From contig CAXHJY010001178.1 in the NCBI GenBank assembly GCA_964016885.1, positions 1-48,139 on the forward strand: DNA of 48,139 bases, given 5' to 3'. Below are positions 19,201 to 30,424 of this stretch, piece by piece (positions within the stretch are counted from its first letter, which is position 1; each line of letters begins with the position of its first letter). This DNA comes from Eledone cirrhosa. Its lineage: Eukaryota. The notes beneath the pieces were generated by a model. The model ran no database searches. It saw only the letters and a program-made list of their open reading frames with translations, and had not been told where the DNA came from. The position numbers were made by a program, and so were the translations under genes.

Positions 19201-19746
19201 AAGAGGGTGTTAAAGTTTGCTTGAAGCATTGTGAAATGTGTAAAATACGTATTTAAGAAAGCCACAACAATGCAGAGGGAAATCTCGAGGTAGGAAGTGA
19301 AAGATAGATAGGAAAAACAGGTGAAAGTGAAAATTGAGAGAGACAAAGATGAAAACAAAACAAAGGTAGAAGGGTTACCGTAGTAGAGATTTAATCCCAA
19401 TATTTCGGGCTCACGCCCATCAACGGGGGAAAGTTCCAAAAGGGGGGAACAGGCCAAGCGGAGAAAGTTGTGATGTCGTTAAGACAGGAAACGGCATTCC
19501 TGTCTTAACGACATCACAACTTTCTCCGCTTGGCCTGTTCCCCCCTTTTGGAACTTTCCCCCGTTGATGGGCGTGAGCCCGAAATATTGGGATTAAATCT
19601 CTACTACGGTAACCCTTCTACCTTTGTTTTGTTTTCATCTTTGTCTCTCTCAATTTTCACTTTCACCTGTTTTTCCTATCTATCTTTCACTTCCTACCTC
19701 GAGATTTCCCTCTGCATTGTTGTGGCTTTCTTAAATACGTATTTTA
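19201..19746 (-). mobile_element. 250-bp inverted repeat (fold-back), probable Penelope-like pseudo-LTR fragment
   Basis: Arms 19241-19490 and 19497-19746 with ACGGCA spacer; identical peptides in opposite-strand ORFs 19155-19457 and 19530-19934 confirm arm identity; 40 extra nt on the left arm; hammerhead-like motif at 19557-19592. The IR is certain, the PLE call is inferred. Confidence 0.65.
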
Positions 19747-19910
19747 TACATATATATATATATATATACATACATATACATATATACACATATATATATA
19801 CATATATACATATACATATATACACATATATATATACACATATACACATATATATATATACATATATACATATATATATACATATATACATATATATATA
19901 CATATATATT

Positions 19911-21695
19911 ATCATCATCATCATCATCGTTTAACGTCCGTGTTCCACGCTTGCATGGGTTTGGACGGAGGGTTTTCCCACTTGAGGCAAGAGTGGTTAT
20001 GTTACTCGCATAGGACTATCTGGCGGGTTTTCTACAGCTGGATGCCCTTCCTAACGCCAACCACATTTACAGTATGGGGCTGGGAGGTTTTTACCGTGTT
20101 GCCTACACGGCCACATTACAGCGTGAACTGTGTGTTTTTTTGACGTGACACCTACACGATCTCCTTTGTTTCGGCCTGGATGTTGTGGCACCAACATAAC
20201 TTTACATTGAAAGGGGCGGTGTAGATGGGGGTGTATTTTGTTAGAGATGCCTACTGACTGTAGTAGGTTTTACTTTGTATTTAGGTAACGCGGGTCTTCT
20301 CTATTACTGAGTACCGCCAAAGGTCTCGGTCAAGTGACATTGTCTTGGTGAGGTGTAAGTGTGGGAGGTCGGAATTTATCAGCTCGTCACAGGTTTATCT
20401 GGGTCTGCCTATTCCGTGGCTACCGTCTATCTTTATTGCCCTGCACTTTGTTATACAGCTATCGTCCTTCATGCGCATCACGCGACCATACCAACGTAGC
20501 CTTCTCTCGAGTAAACAACATCTGATCCCTCTTATTTCTAATTTTTTCCTTAGCTCGTTTATGCTTTGCCGTTCACGTATATTACTATTACACATCCAGC
20601 GGAGCATGCAAGCTTCGTTTCTCACTAGTCTGCGTATATCCTCTGCACACAATGCCCAGGTCTCACTGCCATGCAACATTGCTGTTCGTATGCAGGCATC
20701 ATACAGCCTGCCTTTCATTTTTAGGGAGAACCCTTTAGCGGCTAGTAGAGGTATAAGCTCTCTTAACTTTTTCCACCCAGTTCTAACTCTAGCTACTGTA
20801 CTTTTAGAGCACCCTCCCCACTGCTGATTTTGTCACCCAGGTAACGGAAGCTGTCAACTATTTCTATAGAACCCTCTGCGCAGTTGAAAGAGCTAGTATT
20901 TTATGGGCACTTGCTGCTACTTATTGCCCCAGAACACCGGCCACATGTAAAATCTATTTTCTTAGTTAGCTTACCTGTGATCCCACTACATCTTTTATGC
21001 ACCCATACTTTGCATTTGGGATACAAAATGGAGTTTCTACCTACGCCTTTCCTACACACTGAGCATGGCCACTTCCCGGAAGGGACCGCCGCCTTATTTT
21101 CTTTCTTACAAACTAGAACTTTAGTCTTAGCCAGGTTAATTTTAAGGCCTTTTGATTCTAGGCCGTGCTTCCATGTTTGGAATTTCTTCTTTAGCTCGGC
21201 CATTGATTCAGCTATGAGCGTTAGATCATCTGCGTATAGGAGTTCCCATGGGCAGCCGGTCTTGAACTCCACTGTTATAGCCTGGAGGGCAATAATAGAT
21301 AGTAGGGGGCTAAGAACAGAGCCCTGATGAACACCAACTTTTACACTAAACTCTTCACTATATTCGTTGTTAATTCTAACCTTGCTGACTGTTTCTTTAT
21401 ACATGGCTTGTATAGCTCTCACAAGCCATTCATCAACACCTAGTTTTCTAAGAGCCCACCAGATAATGGAGCGGGGGATTCTGTCAAAGGCTTTCTCCAA
21501 GTCAACAAAAGCTAAGTATAAGGGTTTACTTTTAGCTAGGTACTTCTCCTGTAGTTGTCGTACAATGAAAAGAACGTCTGTGGTACTTTTTCCTGACACA
21601 AACTCGAACTGCATTTCATCTAGGTCAATTCTCTCTCTGATTAGTTGCGCTATTACTTTTTCCGTGACCTTCATGACCTGGTCGATTAATTTAAT
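19911..21695 (-). mobile_element. 5'-truncated RTE-A copy 2 (more diverged; stop and frameshift)
   Basis: ORFs 20901-21830 and 20395-20718 match the RTE-A RT; (CAT)n tail at 19911; stop at 20901. Confidence 0.94.
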
Positions 21696-21719
21696 ATATA
21701 TATATATATATATATACAT

Positions 21720-21751
<32 letters not shown>

Positions 21752-21758
21752 TATACAT

Positions 21759-21790
<32 letters not shown>

Positions 21791-21830
21791 TATACATTAT
21801 ATATATATATGTATATATATATATATACAT

Positions 21831-21862
<32 letters not shown>

Positions 21863-22046
21863 TACATTATATATATATATAGTCATTATATATACATTAT
21901 ATATATATATAGACATTATATATACATTATATATATATATAGACATTATATATACATTATATATATATATAGACATTATATATACATTATATATATATAT
22001 AGACATTATATATACATTATATATATATATATATATATATATACAT

Positions 22047-22144
<98 letters not shown>

Positions 22145-22254
22145 TATATATATATACACACACATATATATATATATACACACATATATATATACACACA
22201 TATATATATACACACATATATATATATATATATACATATATACACATACACATA
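21696..22254. repeat. (TA)n tract with TACATTA units and a 30-bp tandem repeat (~21881-22020)
   Basis: AGACATTATATATACATTATATATATATAT repeated about 4-5 times. Confidence 0.93.
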
Positions 22255-22445
22255 TATCATTTTCATCATTTCATTTTACGTCCGCTTTTCCCTGCTTGCA
22301 AGGGTGGGACGGAAACTGATTCTGGCTTGATTTCTACAGCTGGATGCCCTTCCTAACACCAACCTCATTTACAGTGAGTACTGGGTGCTTTTTTTTTTTT
22401 GCTGTGGCACCTCCACGACCACTTTGCAGTGGAATATGGACCCCA

Positions 22446-22448
<3 letters not shown>
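22255..22448 (-). mobile_element. RTE-related 3' UTR fragment or RTE-tailed SINE (family C)
   Basis: Reverse complement contains GGTGCCAC-A(n)-GCACC, GGTGTTAGGAAGGGCATCCAGCTGTAGAAA, CGTCC...GGACG and a degenerate (GAT) tail, as in the RTE-B 3' UTR. Confidence 0.85.
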
Positions 22449-22496
<48 letters not shown>

Positions 22497-23169
22497 CACA
22501 CACATATACATATATACATATACACACACACACACATATATATACATATACACACACACAAACTGCATTCATATTCATATTAAACAAAAATCATATAAAA
22601 ACACAGATTTCCTAAATAATGTTTTATATAGAATTTAAGAAATAAGAAATTCTATCAGGAGGGTTTAGAAAATGATATTTTCAATCTGGGAATAATGTAT
22701 AAAATGTCTTTTAGGTTATTGATAGCATATTCTAGATTTTTTTAACAATTATTTCCAATGCATAGATTCACCATTAGAGGTGCAAACTGATATAGAATAA
22801 AGATTGAATAGACATTGACAATGTAAGAAACCCATCAAAGAAGATCATCAAATAAGGAGAAGTAAAACTGTTGATGCTTTTGAATATATATTATTTATTT
22901 AATGCAGTTTCATTTTCAATTTTATTGTTAGCCTTATCTATTGAGGTTGCATAACCAGATAGAATAATTTTATGTGGTTGAATAGAAGGTGGAATAAGGA
23001 ACCAGTTAGGGTTTTTTTTTATAAGAAAAACATTGACTCTCGATAAAGTTAAAAGATAATAAATATGTATGGTGTGAAACACAATCTAACAACTATAATT
23101 TCAGAATATACCTTCTCTAAAAATGGCTTTTTTGCATTGATTAAAATATTTCATCAAATAGTGGTTTCT

Positions 23170-23300
23170 TATTTAGGCACAAGGCCAGCAATTTTGAGGG
23201 AGGGGAAAGTCAATTAAATTGACCTCAGTGCATGACTGGTACTTTGCCTTTCATCCTTACGGGATTGATAAAATAAAGTTAACCTCGGCGGGATTTGAAC
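23170..23300 (-). mobile_element. tRNA-derived SINE fragment (Meta-domain-like core)
   Basis: Reverse complement starts GTTCAAATCC (Pol III B-box-like); contains the GCCTTTCATCCTT..GGG..GATAAAA core recalled from Sauria/MetaSINE-type elements (from memory, not searched). Confidence 0.6.
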
Positions 23301-24124
23301 TATTTCATCAAATAGTGATAACCAATAAATGGTGATAATGTCATTGTATTTATGACTGCGATAGAGAATAAAAAATTAAAAAATACAAAGTAATATACAA
23401 ATGAACAAGCTTAAAACTTGGTACCAACTCTCATGAGTCCATCTGTGGTTCTATGATACAAAGCTGTTTATTTTAAAGTTTTCATATTTGGATTTCAACA
23501 TTTTGTTATAAATCTAAGAAAGTTTTGTTAACTTATGTTTCAAACACCAGCTTAAAAAAAAAAAATGAAAATAGGCAGTATATTTTATTAGAAATATGGT
23601 AACAAAAGGGTAAGAGAAATTGAAAAAAAATCTGACAAGTTATCTCCAGTAAAGTTCTCTATACTTTTTTGGGCAACATTGATATTTTACATGTTTGGGT
23701 GAGTGGATAAAGGGTATGGCTATTGGTTCAGGAGTACTCTTATTCTATAATAAGTACTTTATTATTTCTTATGGCAAGATATTCAAGACCTCAATTTACA
23801 AATTTGGTATAGAGATTTCTGAGGAAAGTTGTACTAAACTAAATTAGTATTCTATGCAGAAAATGCTTTGTTTTCACTGCTGAACATTACAGAAACCGAA
23901 ACTAATAAACTGACCCTATAAACCTTTGTTCCCAAAAATAATGTTATAAATATAATTAGTATTTCCAATATAAGAATATAGGAGTATATTCTATGATTTA
24001 CAAAACACTACCCTTGTCCTTTCTCTCACTCTCCAAATTCATAAAATATTCAATAACAAAATTTAAAGATTTTAATGCATCAATAAAATTCATCTATTTT
24101 TATGTTTTGTTTTTCACATGCTTC

Positions 24125-25190
24125 ATCCATTTTTGAATGTAGAAAATGCATGGAAGGAAGAAAGACTCCTCTCACTAGATTCAACAGAGGGGCTGGCTAC
24201 TGAAGTTGACAGTTACAAGGATATGAAAAATGGAAAAGCAGTTGGACTGTCAGAGTCAGTTGTTGAGATGAGATGCAGTTTTATTTTGTGCAATGAAGAA
24301 GCGCTGCAAATGTGCACTCTTCTTAATGAGACAACTACAAGAAATGTTCATAGTCATGCATAAGCTGCTGTATCTAGTTTTTGATGACCTGTAAAAGGCC
24401 TTTAACAGACTACCATGAAACTAGGTATAGAAGAGTGGCTTGTGAGAGCAGTGCAAGCCATGTACAGAGTTGTTAGCAAAGTGAGAGTAGGTAACGAGTT
24501 TAGTGAGGAATTCAATGTGCAAGTAGGTGTTCATCATGGCTTAATCATCAGTCCACTCCTGTTCATTATTGTCCTTCTGTCCTTCAAGCCATAACAGTAG
24601 TTTAAGACTGGATAGCCATGGGATTTTAAGCAGACTAAGGTAGACTTTGTATGTGGCAGATACTCAGGAGTAGTTAGTGTTAAAAGTCCTAATGAAAAAC
24701 CTTTTCACTGCTCCATAGAAGTAATTGATAGCTTCTGCTACCCATGTGACCTAATTAGCAATGGAGGAGATTGTTCTGATAGTATAGTAGCTAGAATAAA
24801 AACAGGATGAAAGAAGTTCAGGGAGTTACTACAAAGGCATGCTTTGATGGATATGCGATGTTAATGTGAGTGAAGAGTAAAGCATGGATGAATTGAAAAA
24901 GAAATTGAGTATAAAAGCAATTAAATGTAGTGTGCAAGAGAGACGACTGCTGCCATGACCATATGATGCATATGGATAATGACCATTGGGTAAAGAAATG
25001 CCAGGAGTTCACAATGGAAGGAGGTTGCAGTGGAGAAAAACCAAGAAAAATATGGGTAGGAGTCGTAAAAGTAGACTTCAAAATGTTGCAATACACACAG
25101 ATGCCAAAGGAATGCAACAATTGGAGCAAAGCTGTGATGGAAAGACCCATCCAATCCATGCAGGAATGGAATAAATGGATATAAAGAGGA
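24125..25190 (+). pseudogene. Old, heavily deleted RTE LINE relic
   Basis: Scattered RTE peptides: LNVENAWKEE, KDMKNGKA, KLGIEEWLVRAVQAMY, EEFNVQVGVHHG, DFVCGR, IDSFCY; decayed 3' stem-loop near 25150-25180. Confidence 0.85.
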
Positions 25191-26034
25191 TCTAATAGCT
25201 CTGAAAATTCAGCTAAAGGAATTAAAAGTTAAAAAAATATATTTTCCAATTAAAATCTATTTCCAGCGTTAAGGAATCAATTGTAAAAAGTGGGTGAAGT
25301 AGTTTCCTAGGGCAACAAACGTACTAATGAACTCATTCTATGAAATTTGATAAAAACTGAATGCCTGTGGCAGAGATTGACATCATGATCTCTAGATGAA
25401 TAATCAAATATCTTAACTTGCTCAATCTTATTAGAAAAATGTATGATAAAAAAAAAAAAAATGAAAGTGGTGACAGATAGTGTAACAGTAGTTCTTTATA
25501 CAATGTTAGAAAAATAGGGAACTGATAAAAATTGACATTTTCTTTAAAAGTCCTATCTATTCTAAAGAAGCTTTTATGAGAACTCTTCCTCGCTTAGCAA
25601 CAATTGAATTACATAGAGTAAAAAACTACTGTTATTTAGTCCAAGGTCAATATAGATGAAGCCAACCTATGATCAAATGCATTCTAACTATGGACATCCT
25701 GTCTTATTTCTAAGTTTATAGGAGTATATCTTCTTGTCCATACGTCCTGACATTTTGAAGTTGTTTATATGCGTTGTACTTATTCTTTAATGGTAAACTT
25801 AATCCATTGCCCAGTTTAACACCACAGCCTGACCCTTGGGTGCCTTTAGTTCACTTCATTGCAAATATTTAGACCCGCTCTCTTTGGTTTGAAGACTTTG
25901 CTTTGTTTGATACACTGCTTTCTACTACAGTAACACATAAGATGTAGTTTCTTTGTTCCTTCTTTTTGCTTTGGAGGCCCTGCAAATGTCAAGTATGGTC
26001 TTTTACCTCCTAACTAAATAATTAGGTAGAACCT

Positions 26035-29000
26035 GGGAAATGACGATGGGATGGGTGGTGTAGGTATACTACTAGCTGACAAGTGGGTAGATAAAGTAAT
26101 CTCAGTGTACAGGGTAAATACAAGAATCATTAAACTCAGACTAGTCCTGAATAAAACAATTACCACAATAATATCAGCTTACGCACCCCAATCGGGGCTG
26201 CCAGACAAACTTAAGGATAGGTTTTACGAGTCCCTAATGCACACTACTGCTCTAACAGATGACAATGACTTCCTAATCATCGCAGGAGATTTTAACGGAC
26301 ATGTAGGTAAACACTGCGAGGGCTTCAATAGAGTACATGGAGGCCATGGGGTTGGCACAAGAAATGAGGAAGGATTCAGACTTCTAGAATTCTGCGACGC
26401 CAATGACATGTCGATATGTAACACAAACTTTAAAAAACCCGACAACCACCTGATCACCTATAGATCAGGAGAGCACTCTAGTCAGATAGATTTTATCCTC
26501 ATCAGAGGACGTGACAGATGGACGGTCGTAAACACAAAAGCCTTCCCTAGTGAGGAATGTACATCCCAACATAGCTTAGTTGTCAGCCACCTCACAGTCA
26601 GAACTAGACGAACCTGGAAACAGAGGCCAACCTGGAGAAGAAAGATCTGGAAGCTGAAAGACCCCTCAACCAGTAACAGGTTTAAAGATATTTTACTCAA
26701 CGCCTACGACAGTAAGAAGAACAGATACAGACGTTCTATGTAGAAGAGAACTGGGAGTTCCTAAAAAATAACTTACTAGAGGCGACGGATGAGGTCTGTG
26801 GCTGGAGTAAGACCTCAAGCAGGAGGAGAGTGACTTGGTGGTGGAACAATAAGGTAGATGAAGCAGTTAAGGCCAAGAGACAGGCATGGAAAGAATGGAA
26901 GAACGGGGGGAGCAGGGTACATTACACAGAGACCAAGAGGGAAGCTAGGCGACAAGTATACTTAGCTAGGAGGGAAGCAGAGGATAGAAAATTCAAGCAT
27001 ATTTTGCAACGTGAGGACCAGAAACAGGAGGTGTTCAAGATTGCGAAGCAGTGTATCAGAGAGAGTTGTGATGTCATTGGAGAGAAGTGTATCCGGAATG
27101 ATAAAGGTGAGCTTGCCCTCACAAGTGCTGAGAAGAAAGATGCATGGAAGAGTCATTATGATAGATTACTAAATGAGGAGAATGCATGGGAAGAAGAGAC
27201 CCTACCCCAAGTAGACCCTATAGAGGGGCCAGCAGTACAAGTCAGCAGCAACGTAGTAAGTAAGGCAATCAAAGATATGAAGATGGGGAAGGCAACCGGT
27301 CCATCGGGTATAACTGCCGAGATGCTGAAGGCATCTGGGTCTGTAGGTCACACTATAACCACACGTATTATTAACCAGGTAATACTAGAAGGTGTCATAC
27401 CAAAATATTGGTGCAGTAGCATCATTGTCAACTGCTACAAAGGTAAAGGTGAAGCACTAGATAGAGGAAACTATAGAGGTATAAAGCTGATGGACCAGGT
27501 CATGAAAGTAACAGAAAGAGTTATAGCACAGTTGATTAGGGACCGGGTGAAACTAGATGAGATGCAATTTGGGTTTGTACCAGGAAGAGGCACCACTGAT
27601 GCCCTCTTCCTTGTCAGGCAGTTACAGGAAAAGTACCTAGCTAAAAGTAAGCCACTCTACCTGGCATTTGTCGACCTTGAGAAAGCCTTTGACAGAGTTC
27701 CACGTGCTGTAATCTGGTGGGCTCTTAGAAAACTAGGAGAAGATGAATGGCTTGTGAAAGCGGTACAAGCTATGTATAGGGGAGCAGTCAGCAAAGTTAG
27801 GATTAGCAATGAGTATAGCGAGGAATTTAGCGTACAGGTTGGAGTCCACCAGGGCTCTGTTCTTAGCCCCCTCCTGTTCATCATAGTCCTGCAGGCAATA
27901 ACAGAGGAGTTTAAGACCGGATGCCCATGGGAACTCCTGTATGCTGATGACCTCGCACTTATAGCTGAATCTATGGTAGAACTAGAAGCAGGGACTAGAA
28001 AGAAAGGGTCTCAAAGTCAACATGACAAAGACTAAGGTCCTTGTAAGTAGACGAGAAAACAGAACCCAGATCCCCTCAGGGAAATGGCCTTGCTCAGTAT
28101 GTAGGAAAGGTGTAGGTAGGAACTCCATTCTCTGCCCCAAATGCAAACAATGGGTACACAAGAGATGTAGTGGGATCTCAGGAAGCTTAATTAAGAATGT
28201 AGGCTTCACATGCAGCAGCTGTGCTGGGACAGCAAGCAGCAAACAGCCACAGGAAACAAGTACCACCAATCTCTGTAGAAACAGTAGACAGCTTCTGCTA
28301 CCTAGGTGACCAAATTAGCAGCGGAGGTTGGTGTTCAGAAAGTACAATAACTAGGGTAAAAACGGGATGGAAGAAGTTTTGGGAACTACTACCACTGCTT
28401 GCTGCAAAAGGCTTCTCCCTCAAAATGAAAGGCAGACTGTATGATGCGTGTATCCGAACAGCAATGTTGCATGGTAGTGAGACCTGGGCGCTGAAGGTGG
28501 AAGACTTGCGTAGATTAGAGAGAAACGAAGCCTGCATGCTCCAATGGATGTGTAACAGTAATATACACGAACGACAAAGCATAAATGAATTGAGAGAGAA
28601 TCAAATGCTGTGTGCAAGAGAGGCGGTTGCGCTGGTATGGACATGTGATGCGTATGAAGGATGACAGCTGCATAAAAAGGTGCAGAGCACTAGAAGTCGA
28701 TGGAAACCGCGGAGTGGGGAGACCCAAGATGACCTGGGATGAGGTGATAAAAGCCGACCTTACCCAATTACACCTCTCAAAGGCGATGACACACGACCGT
28801 GACCTCTGGCGTCACGCAGTAATACAGAGTACCCGACCTCCCATGGGTACAAGCTGAAGCATATAGACGATATGCCCCCACACCCTCCCACCGCAAGGTG
28901 GTCGTGGAGGTGCCACGGCAAAAAAGCACCCAGTCCACACCGTAAAGTGGACGTGAAGGCGCCACGAAAAAGCACCCAGCACTCACTGTAAATGAGGTTG

Positions 29001-29150
29001 GTGTTAAGAAGGGCATCCAGCTGTAGAAATCAAGCCAAATCAGTTCCTGTATGAGCAAGGCATGGTCAGCCGACCAGACACTGCCCACAACAGGACAACC
29101 CGTCTAACCCATGCTAGCATGGAAGAACGGACGTAAAACGGTGATGATGA
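26035..29150 (+). mobile_element. RTE-B copy 1, 5'-truncated within APE, frameshifted
   Basis: APE (GGVGILL, ISAYAPQ, AGDFNGHVG, QIDFIL, SQH) and RT across ORFs 26051-26743, 26830-28035, 28022-28309, 28221-28664, 28612-28857; (TGA)n tail; candidate 6-bp TSD GAACCT at 26029-26034 and 29149-29154. Confidence 0.95.
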
Positions 29151-29244
29151 ACCTCTCTAAAACTGAATATATATATAATTCCATCTAACCGGTGCATAGA
29201 AAAATGGACGTTAATTAATGATGACGATTCATTTTATCAAGGCT

Positions 29245-29390
29245 AAATAGTGAGTCTTGTTACTCTGGAGTTTCGTCTATTTATCGCAGGGTCATCAGAG
29301 AAACATAGAAATAGCTGTCGCAGGGTCATCAGAGTCCAGAAATAGCCGTCAAAACGGCTTGAGCTCTGCTGTCGGGGTCATACTTTTTCC
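29245..29390. mobile_element. Composite of two decayed hammerhead-bearing pseudo-LTR fragments in opposite orientation
   Basis: Minus strand: CTGATGA..GAAACTCCAGAGTA (~29258-29300). Plus strand 29333-29379 matches 11137-11184 (GAGTCCAGAA.TAGCCGTC.AAACGGCTTGAGCTC.GCTGTCGGGGTC). Confidence 0.6.
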
Positions 29391-29439
29391 TATATATATA
29401 CATATATATATATATATGTGCATGTATATATATATATAT

Positions 29440-30416
29440 ATGCAGCAGCTGTGCTGAAACAGCAAGCAAACAGCCACAGGAAACAAGTACCACCAATCTC
29501 TGGGAGGGCCCTGTAGAAACAGTAGACAGCTTCTGCTACCTAGGTGACCGAATTAGCAACGGAGGTGGGTGCTCAGAAAGTACAATAACTAGGGTAAGAA
29601 CGGGATGGAAGAAGTTCAGGGAACTACTGCCACTGCTAGCTGCAAAAGGCTTCTCCCTCAGAATGAAAGGCAGACTGTATGATGCGTGTATCCGAACAGC
29701 GATGTTGCATGGTAGTGAGACCTGGGCGCTGAAGGTGGAAGACTTACGTAGATTAGAGAGAAACGAAGCCTGCATGCTCCGATGGATGTGTAACAGTAAT
29801 ATACGTGAACGACAAAGCATAAAGGAATTGAGAGAGAGACTGAGCATAAGAGGAATCAAATGCTGCATGCAGGAGAGGCGGTTACGCTGGTATGGACATG
29901 TGATGCGTATGAAGGATGACAGCTGCATAAAAAGGTGCAGAGCACTAGAAGTTGATGGAAACCGCGGAGTGGGGAGACCCAAGATGACTTGGGATGAGGT
30001 GATAAAAGCCGACCTTACCCAACTACACCTCTCAAAGTCAATGACACACGACCGTGACTTCTGGCGTCACGCAGTAATACAGGGTACCCGACCTCCCATG
30101 GGTACATGCTGAAGCATATAAACAATATGCCCCCCCCCCCCACCGCAAGGTGGTCGTGGAGGTGCCACGGCAAAAAAGCACCCAGCCCACACTGTAAAGT
30201 GGACGTGTAGGCGCCACGAAAAAGCACCCAGCACTCACTGTAAATGAGGTTGGTGTTAGGAAGGGCATCCAGCTGTAGAAATCAAGCCAGATCAGTTCCT
30301 GTATGAGCAAGGCATGGTCAGCCGACCAGACACTGCCCACAACAGGACAACCCGTCTAACCCATGCTAGCATGGAAGAACGGACGTAAAACGGTGATGAT
30401 GATGATGATGATGATA
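29440..30416 (+). mobile_element. RTE-B copy 2, 5'-truncated
   Basis: Matches 28210-29150 but lacks the small deletions seen in that copy; ORF 29663-30112; (GAT)n tail. Confidence 0.95.
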
Positions 30417-30424
30417 TATATATA

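Noticed and set aside
22891-23082. 63-aa minus-strand ORF
   Set aside because: Short, AT-rich, no recognisable motif
23530-23615. Possible MITE/piggyBac-like terminal (GGTAACAAAAGGGTAA)
   Set aside because: Only one end is visible, with no partner TIR or TSD
25780-26015. Possible host exon (open stretch on minus strand, LGGKRPYLTF...)
   Set aside because: No recognisable domain or convincing splice-site pair; needs RNA-seq or a homology search
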